Shown: in pieces, positions 27,289 through 38,689 of the stretch | Layout: each line of letters begins with the position of its first letter | How positions within the stretch are numbered: the first letter of the stretch is position 1 | Virus record (IMG/VR): IMGVR_UViG_3300037249_000709 | Coordinates: 32,001 to 96,000 of that record | Length of the DNA: 64,000 nucleotides | Strand: one strand, 5' to 3' | Origin: a virus | Lineage: Duplodnaviria > Caudoviricetes | Made by a program: the position numbers and the translations under genes | The notes under the pieces: generated by a model | What the model saw: only the letters and a program-made list of their open reading frames with translations | Database searches by the model: none | What the model was told of the DNA's origin: nothing

Positions 27289-28422
27289 TTAAGCAACATT
27301 CTTAACAAAGCTATGTACTCTTTCTTCATCTTCAGGTTCTGTTCTCAGTGGCACAAGTAGTACAGAACAATCAGAATTTCCGTTAATTTTCCACATTCCT
27401 GCTTGTACATCAATACGAACATTCTCTTTGCCATAAGTTTTCATAACTAATTCTACATATACAGGGTTAAAACTCTGTATATATTTTTCCGATTCCAATA
27501 TTGTGGAATTGTCAACAGTCTGTAAACTATCCATAGTTTGAATGTTGTTGCCAAGAGCCATTGCAGACAATTCTCCGCTAACATTGGTAAATACCATTTC
27601 TGGCGAAATATCCTTATATTCCTTTGCCAATTTACAAATTTCATCTGCATCTATATCAAAAGCACTTGTAAAATTAGCGTTAAAAGATTGTTCCAAATTA
27701 GCATACTTGCCTTCCAACAACCTTGTTACAAATTTAAAATCTTCTCCCTCATAAACAACAAATTTTCCACCGTATGACACCACAATATCACAGTCTTGCT
27801 TGCTATTTTTTGTTCCAGATACACCCTTGATTTCTTTTGATACTTCGGGAATCGTAATTTCAAATGTATCAAAATCTCCGTGTACCTTTTGCCTGATGCC
27901 ATAGAATCCCGAACAACCATAAAATATTCCAAGACCTTCTGCACCAACAATATGAATACCTTTATAAATAAGTTTTGAATCTCTCTTAAACAAATAAGGC
28001 TTGATTTTTGTCATTATTGCCAACAGTTCAGACTGCTTGACAGTGAAAGCGTGTTGTGTTTTTCCAATTGTCGGCAATGAAAAATCTTCTGCCTTATCAT
28101 ACACAAAAAATCGACTTGCTTTCTTTGTAGACTTGACAACACCAGATTTTTCCGCAGATTCAAGCGTAATTCTGCCTTTCATGTTGTACAGGCTTTTAAG
28201 GCTATCCCTGTGAATAACCATAGTTCCTTCCTCGACAACATCGACCTCATTGGTTGCAACTTCCGCATAATAATCAAGGTTATAAGCTTTTGCGACTACC
28301 TTGTTATCACTTGCTTCAATCAGTACAGATTCCATAACAGACGAGCTACCTTTCTTCGCTGTTGCTATTACTGCTCTTTCCGTGATGTTCTTGAAGTCCT
28401 CTGCGTACATTGAAATTTTCAT
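27289..28422 (-). CDS. dnaN: DNA polymerase III beta sliding clamp homolog
   Basis: 377 aa; clamp-like motifs SVLIEA, EEGTMVI, YKGIHI, TRLLEGKY, FNPVY, LLVPLR. Confidence 0.8.
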   Translation of the reverse strand: MKISMYAEDFKNITERAVIATAKKGSSSVMESVLIEASDNKVVAKAYNLDYYAEVATNEVDVVEEGTMVIHRDSLKSLYNMKGRITLESAEKSGVVKSTKKASRFFVYDKAEDFSLPTIGKTQHAFTVKQSELLAIMTKIKPYLFKRDSKLIYKGIHIVGAEGLGIFYGCSGFYGIRQKVHGDFDTFEITIPEVSKEIKGVSGTKNSKQDCDIVVSYGGKFVVYEGEDFKFVTRLLEGKYANLEQSFNANFTSAFDIDADEICKLAKEYKDISPEMVFTNVSGELSAMALGNNIQTMDSLQTVDNSTILESEKYIQSFNPVYVELVMKTYGKENVRIDVQAGMWKINGNSDCSVLLVPLRTEPEDEERVHSFVKNVA

Positions 28423-28443
28423 GTTTTATTCCTCCTTATATAT

Positions 28444-31400
28444 TCAACTATTTTCTATGTCATTTAAAGCATTTTTAATACAATCTAATTTTACACTAAT
28501 CGAAATCAACTGATTGATTGTATAAACTCTTGCATCGTATTTCAACCCTAATTCTAATTCTTCAAAGGCATCAAGAGCTTTATTGACAGATTTTTTCAGA
28601 TTTTCTATATCTTCAATAGTCTGCTGTCTATGTTGCTCAATCAGATTTCTCATATTCATTCCTCCTACAATTTTAATACTATTAAAGCACCTTGTCACTT
28701 TTAGATACGCAAGTGTAGATTACTAATTTTCCATATACTATCCACAACTTAAGAAAAAAATACAAATTTTGTGGCAGACGTTTTGTCGCTCCGTTCCTGT
28801 ATTCTATGCAGTACCGCTTTACTCATAAAATGCTTAAGTTGTGGACAGTGATTCCCGTCTATTGTATTTCCTTCGGCTATTATGCTATCTCAATCCACCA
28901 CAATTTAGGCTTTTCAGCCCAATCTTTAGGATTATCTGCATTAGTCGTTCCCCAATTACGGTAAAGAACAGCAACACCACGTTTGTTCTTGTATACTACT
29001 TCAAGACTTTCACAGTTGTTACCTCTTCTACAACTGCCGGTGTAATCTGCTGACCATATTTTGCCTACCGTAGCCTCTTTAAAATCCTTTGCGTAAAGAT
29101 TAATTTCTTCGCCTCTACCGCCTTGAAAATCGCAAAAGTCACTTCTAAGAGTTACAATCGGAGCTTCTACCAATACACTTGTTTTCATAATGATTCCTCC
29201 TATAATCTTAATTAAAGCACCTGATTACTTTGGATATATCAGTGTAGCTTTACAGCGTGAATATTGTATCCACACTGCCATCAGCGTTATGCTTTTGTTT
29301 ATGATTTAACTGTAATAGTTAGCGTATAACCGTTTTCTTCCGTACATAAATTATTTAATTCCATTAGCTGTTATAAGCATAGATTTGAATATATACATCA
29401 AGGTCGGGATATTCTGTGCCGAAAAATCCGTTAGCCCTACAATTAAAACAGATTTCTGATTCCGCCTTTAAGATTTCAAAATGGTCATTTGAACGGCTTG
29501 CAATCCTCGCAGCGGTCTGACAATCTTCCATGAAGCTCTCTTTGGTTATTTCTTTCATATCATTTATGATTTTCCTAACTTCGGGCATCATATCCAATGT
29601 CAAGTGTTTTCTCATCTCAGGCGTAATTTTAACTTTCATAGCTCATTCTCCTTTGCTTAATACAATTCGTCAAAAGCCTCTATGATTCTCCTTTTGCGTT
29701 CTTCGTCATTGTCCGCAGATGTTTCGTAAATGCTCCAGGTACAGTCAAAGCCGCAGCGATTAGTTACTTCTTCGATTCTGCCGTCAACAATCAGTCGCAT
29801 AAATATCTTTGTGCCGTATGTGTGTTCTGTTATTTTCCGTACCTTATCATCAAGGAAAAATCCTGTTGATTTGTGATTTATTAAATACCTTCTTACGCAA
29901 TCATAAGCCTTATCAATAGTCAGGTAGTTTTCAACATAATCAACATACTCGCCGTTTTCAAACAGCACAACACAAAAACTTCTGCCGTCCTTATTTCTCA
30001 CAACCGTGATTTCGTCGCCATCCTTTGTGGCTCTTATGAGATTATGCAGTTTATTGAAGTATTCCTCACAAGTATAATCCCCATCTATGATGTGCTTAAA
30101 TCTCATTTCTGTCATTTTATCACACCTCCAGTTCTGATAAAGCCGCTGCCAATTCTTGCAGCATACCGTCAATATCTTCTGCATCGTGTACCAATTCCCT
30201 TGCTGACGGAATGCCACTCACGCCGTTTCTTTTTGCCTCTATCCGCATTTCGATATGCTCATCAATATCAAAATCGGCAGCATATTCTCTAACTTCTTTG
30301 ATGATGTTTTCCTTGCCAACTGTAAAGCTAAAATCTTCTCCTGCTGGACTATACTGATAAAACGATACCGTGTCGCCGTCATCTTCTACAGACCAGCCAA
30401 GAGCTTCCGATGTTTTGATTATTTTATTCAACATTGTTATTTCCTCCTTGCTTAATGGAATATTCCCGCTCGTATTCTGTCTTGCTAAGAATTTGATTGA
30501 CGAACCACTCCGCAGTTCTGTTACCTCTGCCCTTGTCGGCTTCTACATTATCCCATACTATTCGTGTTAAATCTTCGCTTTCTTGTCTGTCATATCCTTT
30601 TGCTTGTATCATTTTCATCACTCGGAGAAAATTTCTATGTGTTCGATTTCGCATTTTCATTCCTTACACCTCGTTCCATTTTCCGACTTCATAAGCTGTT
30701 GAGCCGATGCTTATTGTAACAGTTCCTTCGTGTGTGATACCTTGACCTACCAAGTTTATTCTTTTGGTTATTCTGCAAAGCGGCATATTATATAATGACT
30801 TATCGTACACAAGCAGCTCGACGGATTTTCCGCTTTTGGAGATGCTGCATATCTTTATGTGGTCGATGTTCCTTTCCCATCCACCTCTATCTACTATTGC
30901 ACACCTCTCTTTAAGAGGAATAATGCTTCTGTTATATACTGTCATAATCTGTTTCATATTATCCCTCCTGTATTATATTTCCATCTCTGCAAAAGAAGTC
31001 ATCTCAAAAGTCAAATCTTCCGGCGTTCTTGCGAATTTTTCAACCCATACCGAAAAATGCTGCGAAAGATACGATTCAAGATTTTCAAGATTTTCCGGCT
31101 TTTCAGATATAGTTTTGATTGCCTTGCAAAACTGCTCTGCTAATATCTTGTTGTTCGCTTCCATATCATCATCTCCTTGTGTTGTTAGCACTCTTGATAC
31201 TTTAGACTGTCAAGATGTAGCCTTAACAGCAGCTGTTCTGGCTGCTGCCTATCGGTCGTCGTGCGTTTAATATCCATAATGGAGTATTTGTAGGTCGTTC
31301 CACATATCAGGATTAAATCCTTTCAGCAAACCTAAAAACGGTTTTAATCGTCTATAATTATCTCTCTCGATTTCGGATTCCAGCCATTCGATAACCTTGT

Positions 31401-32198
31401 CGATTTTGGCAGATTTTATTTTGTCACCGTATCTATCCCTGCTCGTTGTGTGGTTGCCATCTTCCGCATATATTTCATAATCTATTTCTTCTGTGAATAA
31501 TTTGTAAAACGAATAATCCATTCTACACATTTCCATTGTGGCAATAATTTCTGCATATACTTGCTCAGGCTGATTTTCTGGCTTCCAGCGTGTTACATCG
31601 ACTATAAAAATTTTGCATTCATAACCCATAAATCATTCCTCCATTTATAATATAGTTATTTGGATTGTTTCTTTACTCAAAAAAATAATTTCCATTTACT
31701 TACTATAATAATTATACCATACTTCTATTAGTATGTCAATACTTTTTTTAAAAAAATTCGTTTATTATCTAAAATCATAAAGTTTGCAGTTTTCTTCAAT
31801 CCAATCAATGCCAGAGAATAAGTCAGCCATATTCTCGCCTATATCTTGCCAGTTAGATGGGCAGTTAAATGTTCTTGCCATTTCAGCCATAAGTTGATAT
31901 GCAAATGCTGCCATCTCATAGTCTTTGTGTCTGTACGCCGATGTAATCATATCTTCTATAATCTTTTCCATAATGCAGCCTCCCTAACATCAATTATTAT
32001 TTAAATGGTTTACTCTTACATTCTTTTTAAATAGTCCTGCCGTTCCTTTACCGTCTTAAAGCTCAGCACTTTGTTAAGATGTGCGTTTATATCTTCCGAC
32101 TTAATAGCAGGCTTCGGCGGCATTAAACTTTCTTTAGCTCCGATGATTGCCCATACTATAAGGATTCCTACTATATATAAAATTCCCATTTTATTCAC
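28444..32198 (-). CDS. cluster of small early hypothetical ORFs (28444-28698, 28880-29188, 29364-29639, 29657-30217, 30120-30434, 30424-30660, 30664-30957, 30973-31164, 31267-31629, 31765-31971, 32016-32198)
   Basis: co-oriented, strong GGAGG RBSs. Confidence 0.6.
29215..29294 (-). ncRNA. variant type-P5 twister-like ribozyme
   Basis: P5 AAGCAU/GUGCUU; GCU-GA-UGG; P1 hairpin; UAA-AGCU-AC-A; P4 CUGAU/AUCAG with UCCAAAGU. Confidence 0.65.
31188..31264 (-). ncRNA. variant type-P5 twister-like ribozyme
   Basis: P5 GCAC/GUGC; ACC-GA-UAG; P1 hairpin; UAA-GGCU-AC-A; P4 UCUUGA/UCAAGA with UCUAAAGU. Confidence 0.65.
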
Positions 32199-32276
32199 CC
32201 TCTGTTATAATGTAATTACTTGCATTGTTTCTTACGCTTTATTTTTTAGGGCGGGAGACCGCCCTTTAGCTTGTTA

Positions 32277-32537
32277 CTACTTATTTTTCTCTAAAAAGTC
32301 ATCTATTGCTTCTTGTAAAATCGCACCATAAGAAATGCCAAGCTCATCACATTTTGACTTGTAATTTTCTGCTATTTCTTTCTTAACGCGAACAACAATC
32401 TGTGTGTATGTTCGCTTGTTATAGTCGTTGTTTGCCCTATAACTTGTGCGTTTAGCATACTCTCTTTGCCTTGCGTTTTTTCGTTCTCGTGCTTCTTCTT
32501 CTGTATATTTCCGCTTTGCCATTACATTAATCTCCAT
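32277..32537 (-). CDS. ribbon-helix-helix-like regulator
   Basis: DYNKRTYTQIVVRVKKEIAENYKSKC...ISYGAILQEAI. Confidence 0.65.
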   Translation of the reverse strand: MEINVMAKRKYTEEEARERKNARQREYAKRTSYRANNDYNKRTYTQIVVRVKKEIAENYKSKCDELGISYGAILQEAIDDFLEKNK

Positions 32538-32966
32538 TTACTCAGGTATTCGTGTAGCTCCGTCTGGTAAACTGTCTACCCAATCGGATAACAGCTTTAG
32601 TTTTTCAAATTTGATTTTTTCTGCTTCTTCCAGTGTAACATTTTTAGGCGGTTCAAATAGAATGGCACGTTTCTGTTCTAACCATTTAAAACCATCTGGC
32701 AAATTTTCCGTGTCGATTTGGTCGTACTTCCATGCAAAAGAAATATACATTGTAGTTGGTTCAGTTGCATCATTATGAGATTCGCAACAGCTCCATGTTG
32801 TATATCCCTTATCATTAAGTCGTATTATCATATCTTGCATATTTATGTCAAGCCAGATAAGGTCTTGCGGCGGATAATATTCGCATACACATTTGTTAAT
32901 CTGTCGTAGGCATTGATGACAAACATAATTTTCCAATAGCTTTTTTGACCTTCGTAAATTCCTCAT
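32538..32966 (-). CDS. hypothetical protein
   Basis: LNDKGYTTWSCCESH motif. Confidence 0.6.
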   Translation of the reverse strand: MRNLRRSKKLLENYVCHQCLRQINKCVCEYYPPQDLIWLDINMQDMIIRLNDKGYTTWSCCESHNDATEPTTMYISFAWKYDQIDTENLPDGFKWLEQKRAILFEPPKNVTLEEAEKIKFEKLKLLSDWVDSLPDGATRIPE

Positions 32967-32978
32967 AGATTTTCCCTC

Positions 32979-33557
32979 CTATCTCGAATTGTATTGATTG
33001 TATTCTGTGATGTTATCAATAGAATGCTTCGCAGCGTCATATAATGGTGTAATATCAATTCCGTTTGCTCTGTAACCATCTTCGATTACATTGAAATAAT
33101 AAACATCAGGCGGATAAATACCTTTTCTCTCATCCGTCATAACATAAACCATAGCTTTCTTAACTTCGCCGCTGCAATCCATTGTAACGGGAATTGTTAT
33201 CCTTTTATAGTATAGCGGATAACCTTCATATCTGTCAAGGTTTTCTTTATCTATTTTATTTGTTAAATTCCAAACAACGACCGGTACAAAATCCTCCTCG
33301 TTTCCAGTATGGATTATGTCAGCATGATAATTAAAAACCAACTTCCAGCCGTGCAGTTTTCCGTTGCCGACAACCTTTGTATGTGGGCATCTACTTCTCA
33401 TCTGTTCAATATTCATATTGCTTCCATAGCTAATGTATAACATACCTATTCTCCTTTCTGCCAGATTTTTTGATTTTTGAAAAATGCTATTTTTTAATAT
33501 TACGATTTTTTGATTTTCTTTCCTGTTCTTCAATTTCTTCGCCAAATAGCCATACAA
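32979..33557 (-). CDS. gamma-glutamylcyclotransferase (AIG2-like)
   Basis: YISYGSNM, LDRYEGYP..Y; real start probably MLYISYGSN. Confidence 0.9.
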   Translation of the reverse strand: MYGYLAKKLKNRKENQKIVILKNSIFQKSKNLAERRIGMLYISYGSNMNIEQMRSRCPHTKVVGNGKLHGWKLVFNYHADIIHTGNEEDFVPVVVWNLTNKIDKENLDRYEGYPLYYKRITIPVTMDCSGEVKKAMVYVMTDERKGIYPPDVYYFNVIEDGYRANGIDITPLYDAAKHSIDNITEYNQYNSR

Positions 33558-34256
33558 TATTTTTCAATTCTGAAAAATCCTTTTCGCCGCGATAAACAGC
33601 CTCGCATAACTTTCCGTTTTTCTGTCTTATTTCCTCTGCTTTTTCCTCTGTAACCTCTGTTCCATTGTGCAAATACCATTTCTTCATTTTATTATTCCTC
33701 CCCCTTATGATTCGACTGTTATGTGTAATGTATAATCATTTTCCTTGTTGCATAGATTATTTAGCTCCATTAGTTTATCTCTAAGCCGCTCGTTATCTTC
33801 TTTTGTCAAAACGCCGTCGGCTCTATAATGGATTAACGCTATATCCAATAACTGAATATCATATGTGTGAAGTTTAAATTCCATCTTCATTTTCATTTCC
33901 TCCTTTTATTTAAGACTTCTTGCAAAGTCAAGCATCCATTTTTCGCTAACATAGCCAGCAAAAATGTTTTCTATGTCTGCCATAATAGATTTCAAATTGT
34001 TGTAAATAAACAAATCCTCAAACGCTCCGTTATTCAAATTGCCTTTAATCACTTCCGAAAGATTTACGGTAACGCCTTTGTTCCAATCTTCCGCTACAAT
34101 GGTTAGCTTTTTTGCGATTTCGCGCATAGCTTCATCCCATTCGTCAGCAGGATTTACGCAATCGGGATAAAAGTAAATTTCCACATCATAGTCCTTGTCC
34201 CACACTGTCAGCTCGTCAATATCTTGATGTTTCCGAATAAATTCAAAAAGTGTCAT
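33487..34256 (-). CDS. three small ORFs (33487-33687, 33705-33896, 33906-34256)
   Basis: GGAGG RBSs. Confidence 0.6.
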
Positions 34257-34278
34257 AACTAATTCCTCCTTATTTGTT

Positions 34279-34356
34279 AGCGTACCAGGTACTTTAGACT
34301 TCCTGTGTGTAGCCTTAACAGACGGATTTTCCGTCTGCCTATCGGTCGTTTACGCT
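34279..34356 (-). ncRNA. variant type-P5 twister-like ribozyme
   Basis: P5 AGCGUA/UACGCU; ACC-GA-UAG; P1 CAGACGGA/UCCGUCUG; UAA-GGCU-AC-A; P4 CAGG/CCUG with UCUAAAGU. Confidence 0.65.
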
Positions 34357-34736
34357 CTTTCTACTTGACTTGCCGAAAACCAACAAGCGTCTTTCAAGAA
34401 CATTCTCGACTTGTCGATTTCTTCTCCGTTCTCGTCTATTCCTTTTCGTGTTGTGTATTTCCATATTGCGAATTTAGCAACCGCCTTTTCTCCTTTTCTT
34501 ACGGAATAGCCTAAACTTTTCCACATTGCAAAGGTGTGAATTTCTTCCGGCTCTGCGATTTCCTTTTTGCCGCCGTGTCCGTCATCAACGACGAATATTC
34601 TGCCGGTCGTTCCTATCAAACCTTCCTCCATCAACCTTACTTGCTCGTAAAGGATAATCATTTTGTTAGTCATTGAATATTCCTCCTTATCCGACTTTTC
34701 TGTAAACCGCTTCGCCGTTACTAAATCTTCCGACAC
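34350..34736 (-). CDS. ArdC N-terminal-like ssDNA-binding domain protein
   Basis: HTFAMWKSLGYSVRKGEKA ... FSASQVE. Confidence 0.75.
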   Translation of the reverse strand: MSEDLVTAKRFTEKSDKEEYSMTNKMIILYEQVRLMEEGLIGTTGRIFVVDDGHGGKKEIAEPEEIHTFAMWKSLGYSVRKGEKAVAKFAIWKYTTRKGIDENGEEIDKSRMFLKDACWFSASQVERA

Positions 34737-35175
34737 ATATTATCATATCGTAACCGTATTCCGATGTGATTTTCTGCAACCATTTTTCAATTTTTCTCAT
34801 TTCCGACTTTTCCGCCCTCAATGCCTTGCTTCTACACATATCAAAGTAATAGTGTGCGTCGTCGTTGTCCATTTCCTCGTAGTCGTCAAACCATATGCCG
34901 CTTACAAAGAATTGAAAGCCTTCGTAATATCCGCCGATAACTTCCACTTTGTAGAATTGAAGGCTCTCGTTAAAATCTTCCGCCAGCGATGTTGCTTCGG
35001 CAAAATCATCTTCTGCATACATCTGAAATTCGTATTCAAGTTCTCCTTCCGTCATGTCCTTGCCGTACTCTGCACGGTATTCATTTTTCCAATGCTCTAT
35101 TGTATCGCTGTCATATACTCCGCCGATAACCAAAGGTAAATCATAATCCATTGTTCTAAAATTCGCTGTACTCAT
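34687..35175 (-). CDS. acidic hypothetical protein
   Basis: MSTANF, GYYEGFQF, GRFSNGEAVY. Confidence 0.65.
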   Translation of the reverse strand: MSTANFRTMDYDLPLVIGGVYDSDTIEHWKNEYRAEYGKDMTEGELEYEFQMYAEDDFAEATSLAEDFNESLQFYKVEVIGGYYEGFQFFVSGIWFDDYEEMDNDDAHYYFDMCRSKALRAEKSEMRKIEKWLQKITSEYGYDMIICVGRFSNGEAVYRKVG

Positions 35176-35268
35176 AAGATTTTCCTCCTTGATTTGTTTT
35201 CTTAATTATATCATACTTTTATAAGTATGTCAATACCTTTTCTAAAAATTCTTGAAAAATTTTTCCTT

Positions 35269-35874
35269 TTATCCTCTCGATATTACGGTATAGCCGGTTG
35301 ATTTAATGTATGAAGGCGACATATAACCTCTTTTTCCGATACACAACCACCAATTACGCTTGAATTGATACGCCGGTAACATTTTCTTTAATCTTTCGCC
35401 GTTGCACTCGATAATCGAACCAACGGGTAGATTTTCCAAACTGTCCGGATTCTTCTTTGCTTTTTTCTTTTCCTCGTGCCGCTCTTTGCAACGTCGTCTC
35501 CACTCTTTCGCATTCTCACTTTCCGTTTCAGTTAGCAGATTTAGAATGCTAATAGGGCAGTCGTAATAATATGGATGCATATCTTCTGACATATCCTTAT
35601 AACCAAAGGTGTAGCCGGTAAAATATCCATATGCTTCCTTGCCCGTTGACGTGAGAATAACTACAGCAGAAACATCTTGTTTTTCCGTTGGTATCATCTC
35701 TAATTCCCCGTCAACATATTTTCCGATTCTGCGAATTGCAGCATAATAAACCGCACCAACCATAGCGGATTTTTCCACTCTAAAAACAGTGTCGGTACAA
35801 AGTGCGTCGCACTCTGCCTTTCTATCAACTTTTCCGTTTTTAAAATATCGTGCGCTTCCTACTGTCCATCCCAT
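35269..35874 (-). CDS. DUF6927-like protein
   Basis: MGWT, VYYAA, FGYKDMSEDMHPYYYDCP.SIL.LLT...A.EWR.RC. Confidence 0.65.
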   Translation of the reverse strand: MGWTVGSARYFKNGKVDRKAECDALCTDTVFRVEKSAMVGAVYYAAIRRIGKYVDGELEMIPTEKQDVSAVVILTSTGKEAYGYFTGYTFGYKDMSEDMHPYYYDCPISILNLLTETESENAKEWRRRCKERHEEKKKAKKNPDSLENLPVGSIIECNGERLKKMLPAYQFKRNWWLCIGKRGYMSPSYIKSTGYTVISRG

Positions 35875-35896
35875 AATATAGCCTCCTTTATCTTTC

Positions 35897-38282
35897 TCAA
35901 CAAAACATCAACAGTTTTTTAATATTAAATCTTTTTGATTTTTCCAGAACATTTTCCGTTCTGTCTCTTGCGATTTGCCAGTTCTCGCCGTTCTTTACTC
36001 GTGTGTAAATTTCCTCGCAGTATTCGCCGCTTCCGTCATAGTGTTTGAAATACGATACTCTGCGGTATGTTTCCGTTGTTTCGCTCTCCGAAATTTTCTT
36101 GATAAATGACGGATAGTCATAATCATATGACGGATTGTAAATGTAGTTTGCCAAATCGAATTTATAGCCGTTCGGCGCTTGAATTTTCCGCAGCTTGATG
36201 ATGTATTCCGGTTTCATATTCCTTGACATAATAACGCCTCCTCAAAAATCCTTATCAAAGTAAACTGTTACACGATTATCCGCGATGTCATAGTCATTCC
36301 CGATAAACTCGTAGACGTTGCCGTCGGGATATTGGATTATTACCCGCGCTCCCGTTTCTGCCGGTATGATAACGGAATTTTCCGTTACCGTTGTTTCGGG
36401 CTTGTTGGTAAATCCAACTATTGCCGCCGATGCTGCCAGTATTGCCATAGCTATTGCGATTTTCTTTTTCATTGTAAAATCCTCCTTAATTTTCCGTAAA
36501 CAAGTCGATTATTTTCTGAATGCGATTATATACGGTATTGTAGTTGTTGATGTTCGGTAACAAGTAAATCGCCGTAAATTCCGCCGTGTCCTTGACTATT
36601 CGTACATTCTCCGGCTTCCATTCGTCGGTACAAGCATAAAAAGCAATGCTTGATAACGCGCCGCCGATAATTCCCGTTAAAGCTCTGCGTTCTTCTTCTG
36701 TTGCCTTGCGTTCTTCTAAATCGTGAGTGATAACTGTTGATGAAAAATCTCGTACCGCTTCGGCTCTGATGTTTTGGTCAAAGAAATTATCCGATAAACC
36801 TAATGTGTTAATAAATTTTTTCATTCTGCATTCTCCTTCTGCATTTCTTCCCATAGTGTTTGAATTGTTTTGTCTATCTTGTCAAGCGTGATTTCGCCGT
36901 GTTTGTACATATCCATTGCAAGGTTAAAAGCATCTATTATGTGCCATTCCATTGTATAGCCTCCTTAATAGTTGATGTGCATTTTTGCGTGTTCTAATGC
37001 TATTGCGACTATCTCAGCCGGAAAATTCCCTTCGGGATAGTATCTCTTGATTTGTCCTGGGCGTGCTATTAACTTTGTAACAAGTCTGTTTGTCCTTGCA
37101 TTATAGATGATTATTATTCCGTTCGTTGTGAGAATGTGACGTTCTGCGCCGTTCTTGTGTCCATTATCAACGATAAATTCTGCATATGTAGTGCCTTCGC
37201 CGATTTCCTGGATGTGGCGTTCTCTAAATCTGCGTTCTTTTGCATAGTGTAGACTTTTTCTCATCTTTGCCGCCTCCGTTCTTTTAAACCACCATTAAAA
37301 GCGCTTTTGTCCTCGCTGATATTGCGTATGTAACGCCGGTGTCCTTGTCTCTGATGATGCAGCCGTTCACGCCGAAAATTCCGGTACTGTACATTATTCT
37401 CGTTACTCTGCGTTCACTAAGAAAACGCTTCATTGTGCCGGTGTCGTAGTTTGTAATGTTGACTGCTTCGCCGTCTTTAATCCATCGTCTGATGCGTGTG
37501 TTCGTCACTTTTTCAAGCATAACATATCACCTTTTAAATTTATTACACTAATTTTAGTGTTGGGATGGAGTTGCTTCGGGCGCAGCTCCTCAAAAGCCCT
37601 TTTTGTTACATTTCTGTAACTCCCTTGTATACTATTCGCTTCATATCGTAATAGCACAAATCGGGCGCGTATTCCTTCAAAAACCATCCGATTTGTTTAA
37701 TCGTCGTCATCGAATATGTGCCGGTACACTCGATAAAGCGGCGATTATTGATAATCTGAATAGTGATAACGCGCGTTCTATAGCTGATGAAGTCAACGCT
37801 ATTGTCGTCGTTGATGCAAACATAGCATTGTGCATAGGGATGATTCTTCAAAGTCTTTTTCATAATGGAATACCTCCGATATTTAGTATTTGCAGTTACG
37901 GGCTTGTGACCGTCAACGGCTGCATTACCGGCAGCGGATTCGCCGCCGTCACTCTGCATTAAATGAATTGAATGTTTGCGTAGTTGACACGCTCGTACAT
38001 TATCGACTCTTGATTCAGCTTGACCTTCAGCGACTTGATAATCTCGCAGATTTTTCCGTCAATAACATCATCTGATGCAATTTCGATTCTAAATGATTTT
38101 TCCTTTACGATTTCGCCGTTCTCGTGTCTGTAAACTCCGTAGCACTCGAACATTGTAAAAGCGTAGATATCAAAATCAATCAGCAGCGTGTCCGCGATAA
38201 TCTCGTGTGCGTTCTCTGTGTTGATGAGCTGCGTCTTTGTGATTTTGTCGTTTAATCCGACTGTTAATGTGTACTTTGTCAT
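35897..38282 (-). CDS. small early ORFs (35897-36229, 36242-36472 secreted, 36486-36854, 36965-37264, 37284-37520, 37606-37863, 37959-38282)
   Basis: co-oriented with GGAGG RBSs. Confidence 0.6.
37898..37958 (-). ncRNA. twister ribozyme (canonical core, P1 closed by hairpin)
   Basis: UGCA-GA-GUGA-[CGGCGGCG/CGCUGCCG]-G-UAA-UGCA-GC...ACGG-UCACAAGC-CCGU; T1 GUGA/UCAC, T2 GC/GC. Confidence 0.88.
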
Positions 38283-38689
38283 TGTGATAACCTCCTATAA
38301 TGTAATTACTTGGATTGTTTCTTGGGCGGCTCGTTGTCGCCGCTCGTGTTTCTGTTGTGTCTATATTATATCATACTTTTATAAGTATGTCAATGAAATT
38401 TCAAAAACTTTTTTCAGTTTGTAGCATTGCACAAAATCATAACATTACATTTGGCTGATACGTACAATGTCAAGCAAATTTTCCTTTTCCTTATTTATAT
38501 ATAGCTTGTAGCAGCTCCGCCAACGCTCCGGATATTCCTTTTTTTGTTTTCTCCGTTTTGTTTTTTAATATTGGATTTTTTGTGATGTTCTGAAAATTTC
38601 CTATTGTTTTTTAATATTCCTATTTTTTGTAAATCCATCACGAAATTTCCTGGTTTTTTAAAATTGCTTTTTTCTGTGATGCCTTGCCA

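Noticed and set aside
1199-38424. Plus-strand ORFs on the left arm, and likewise minus-strand ORFs on the right arm
   Set aside because: Antisense shadows of better-supported genes, lacking RBSs.
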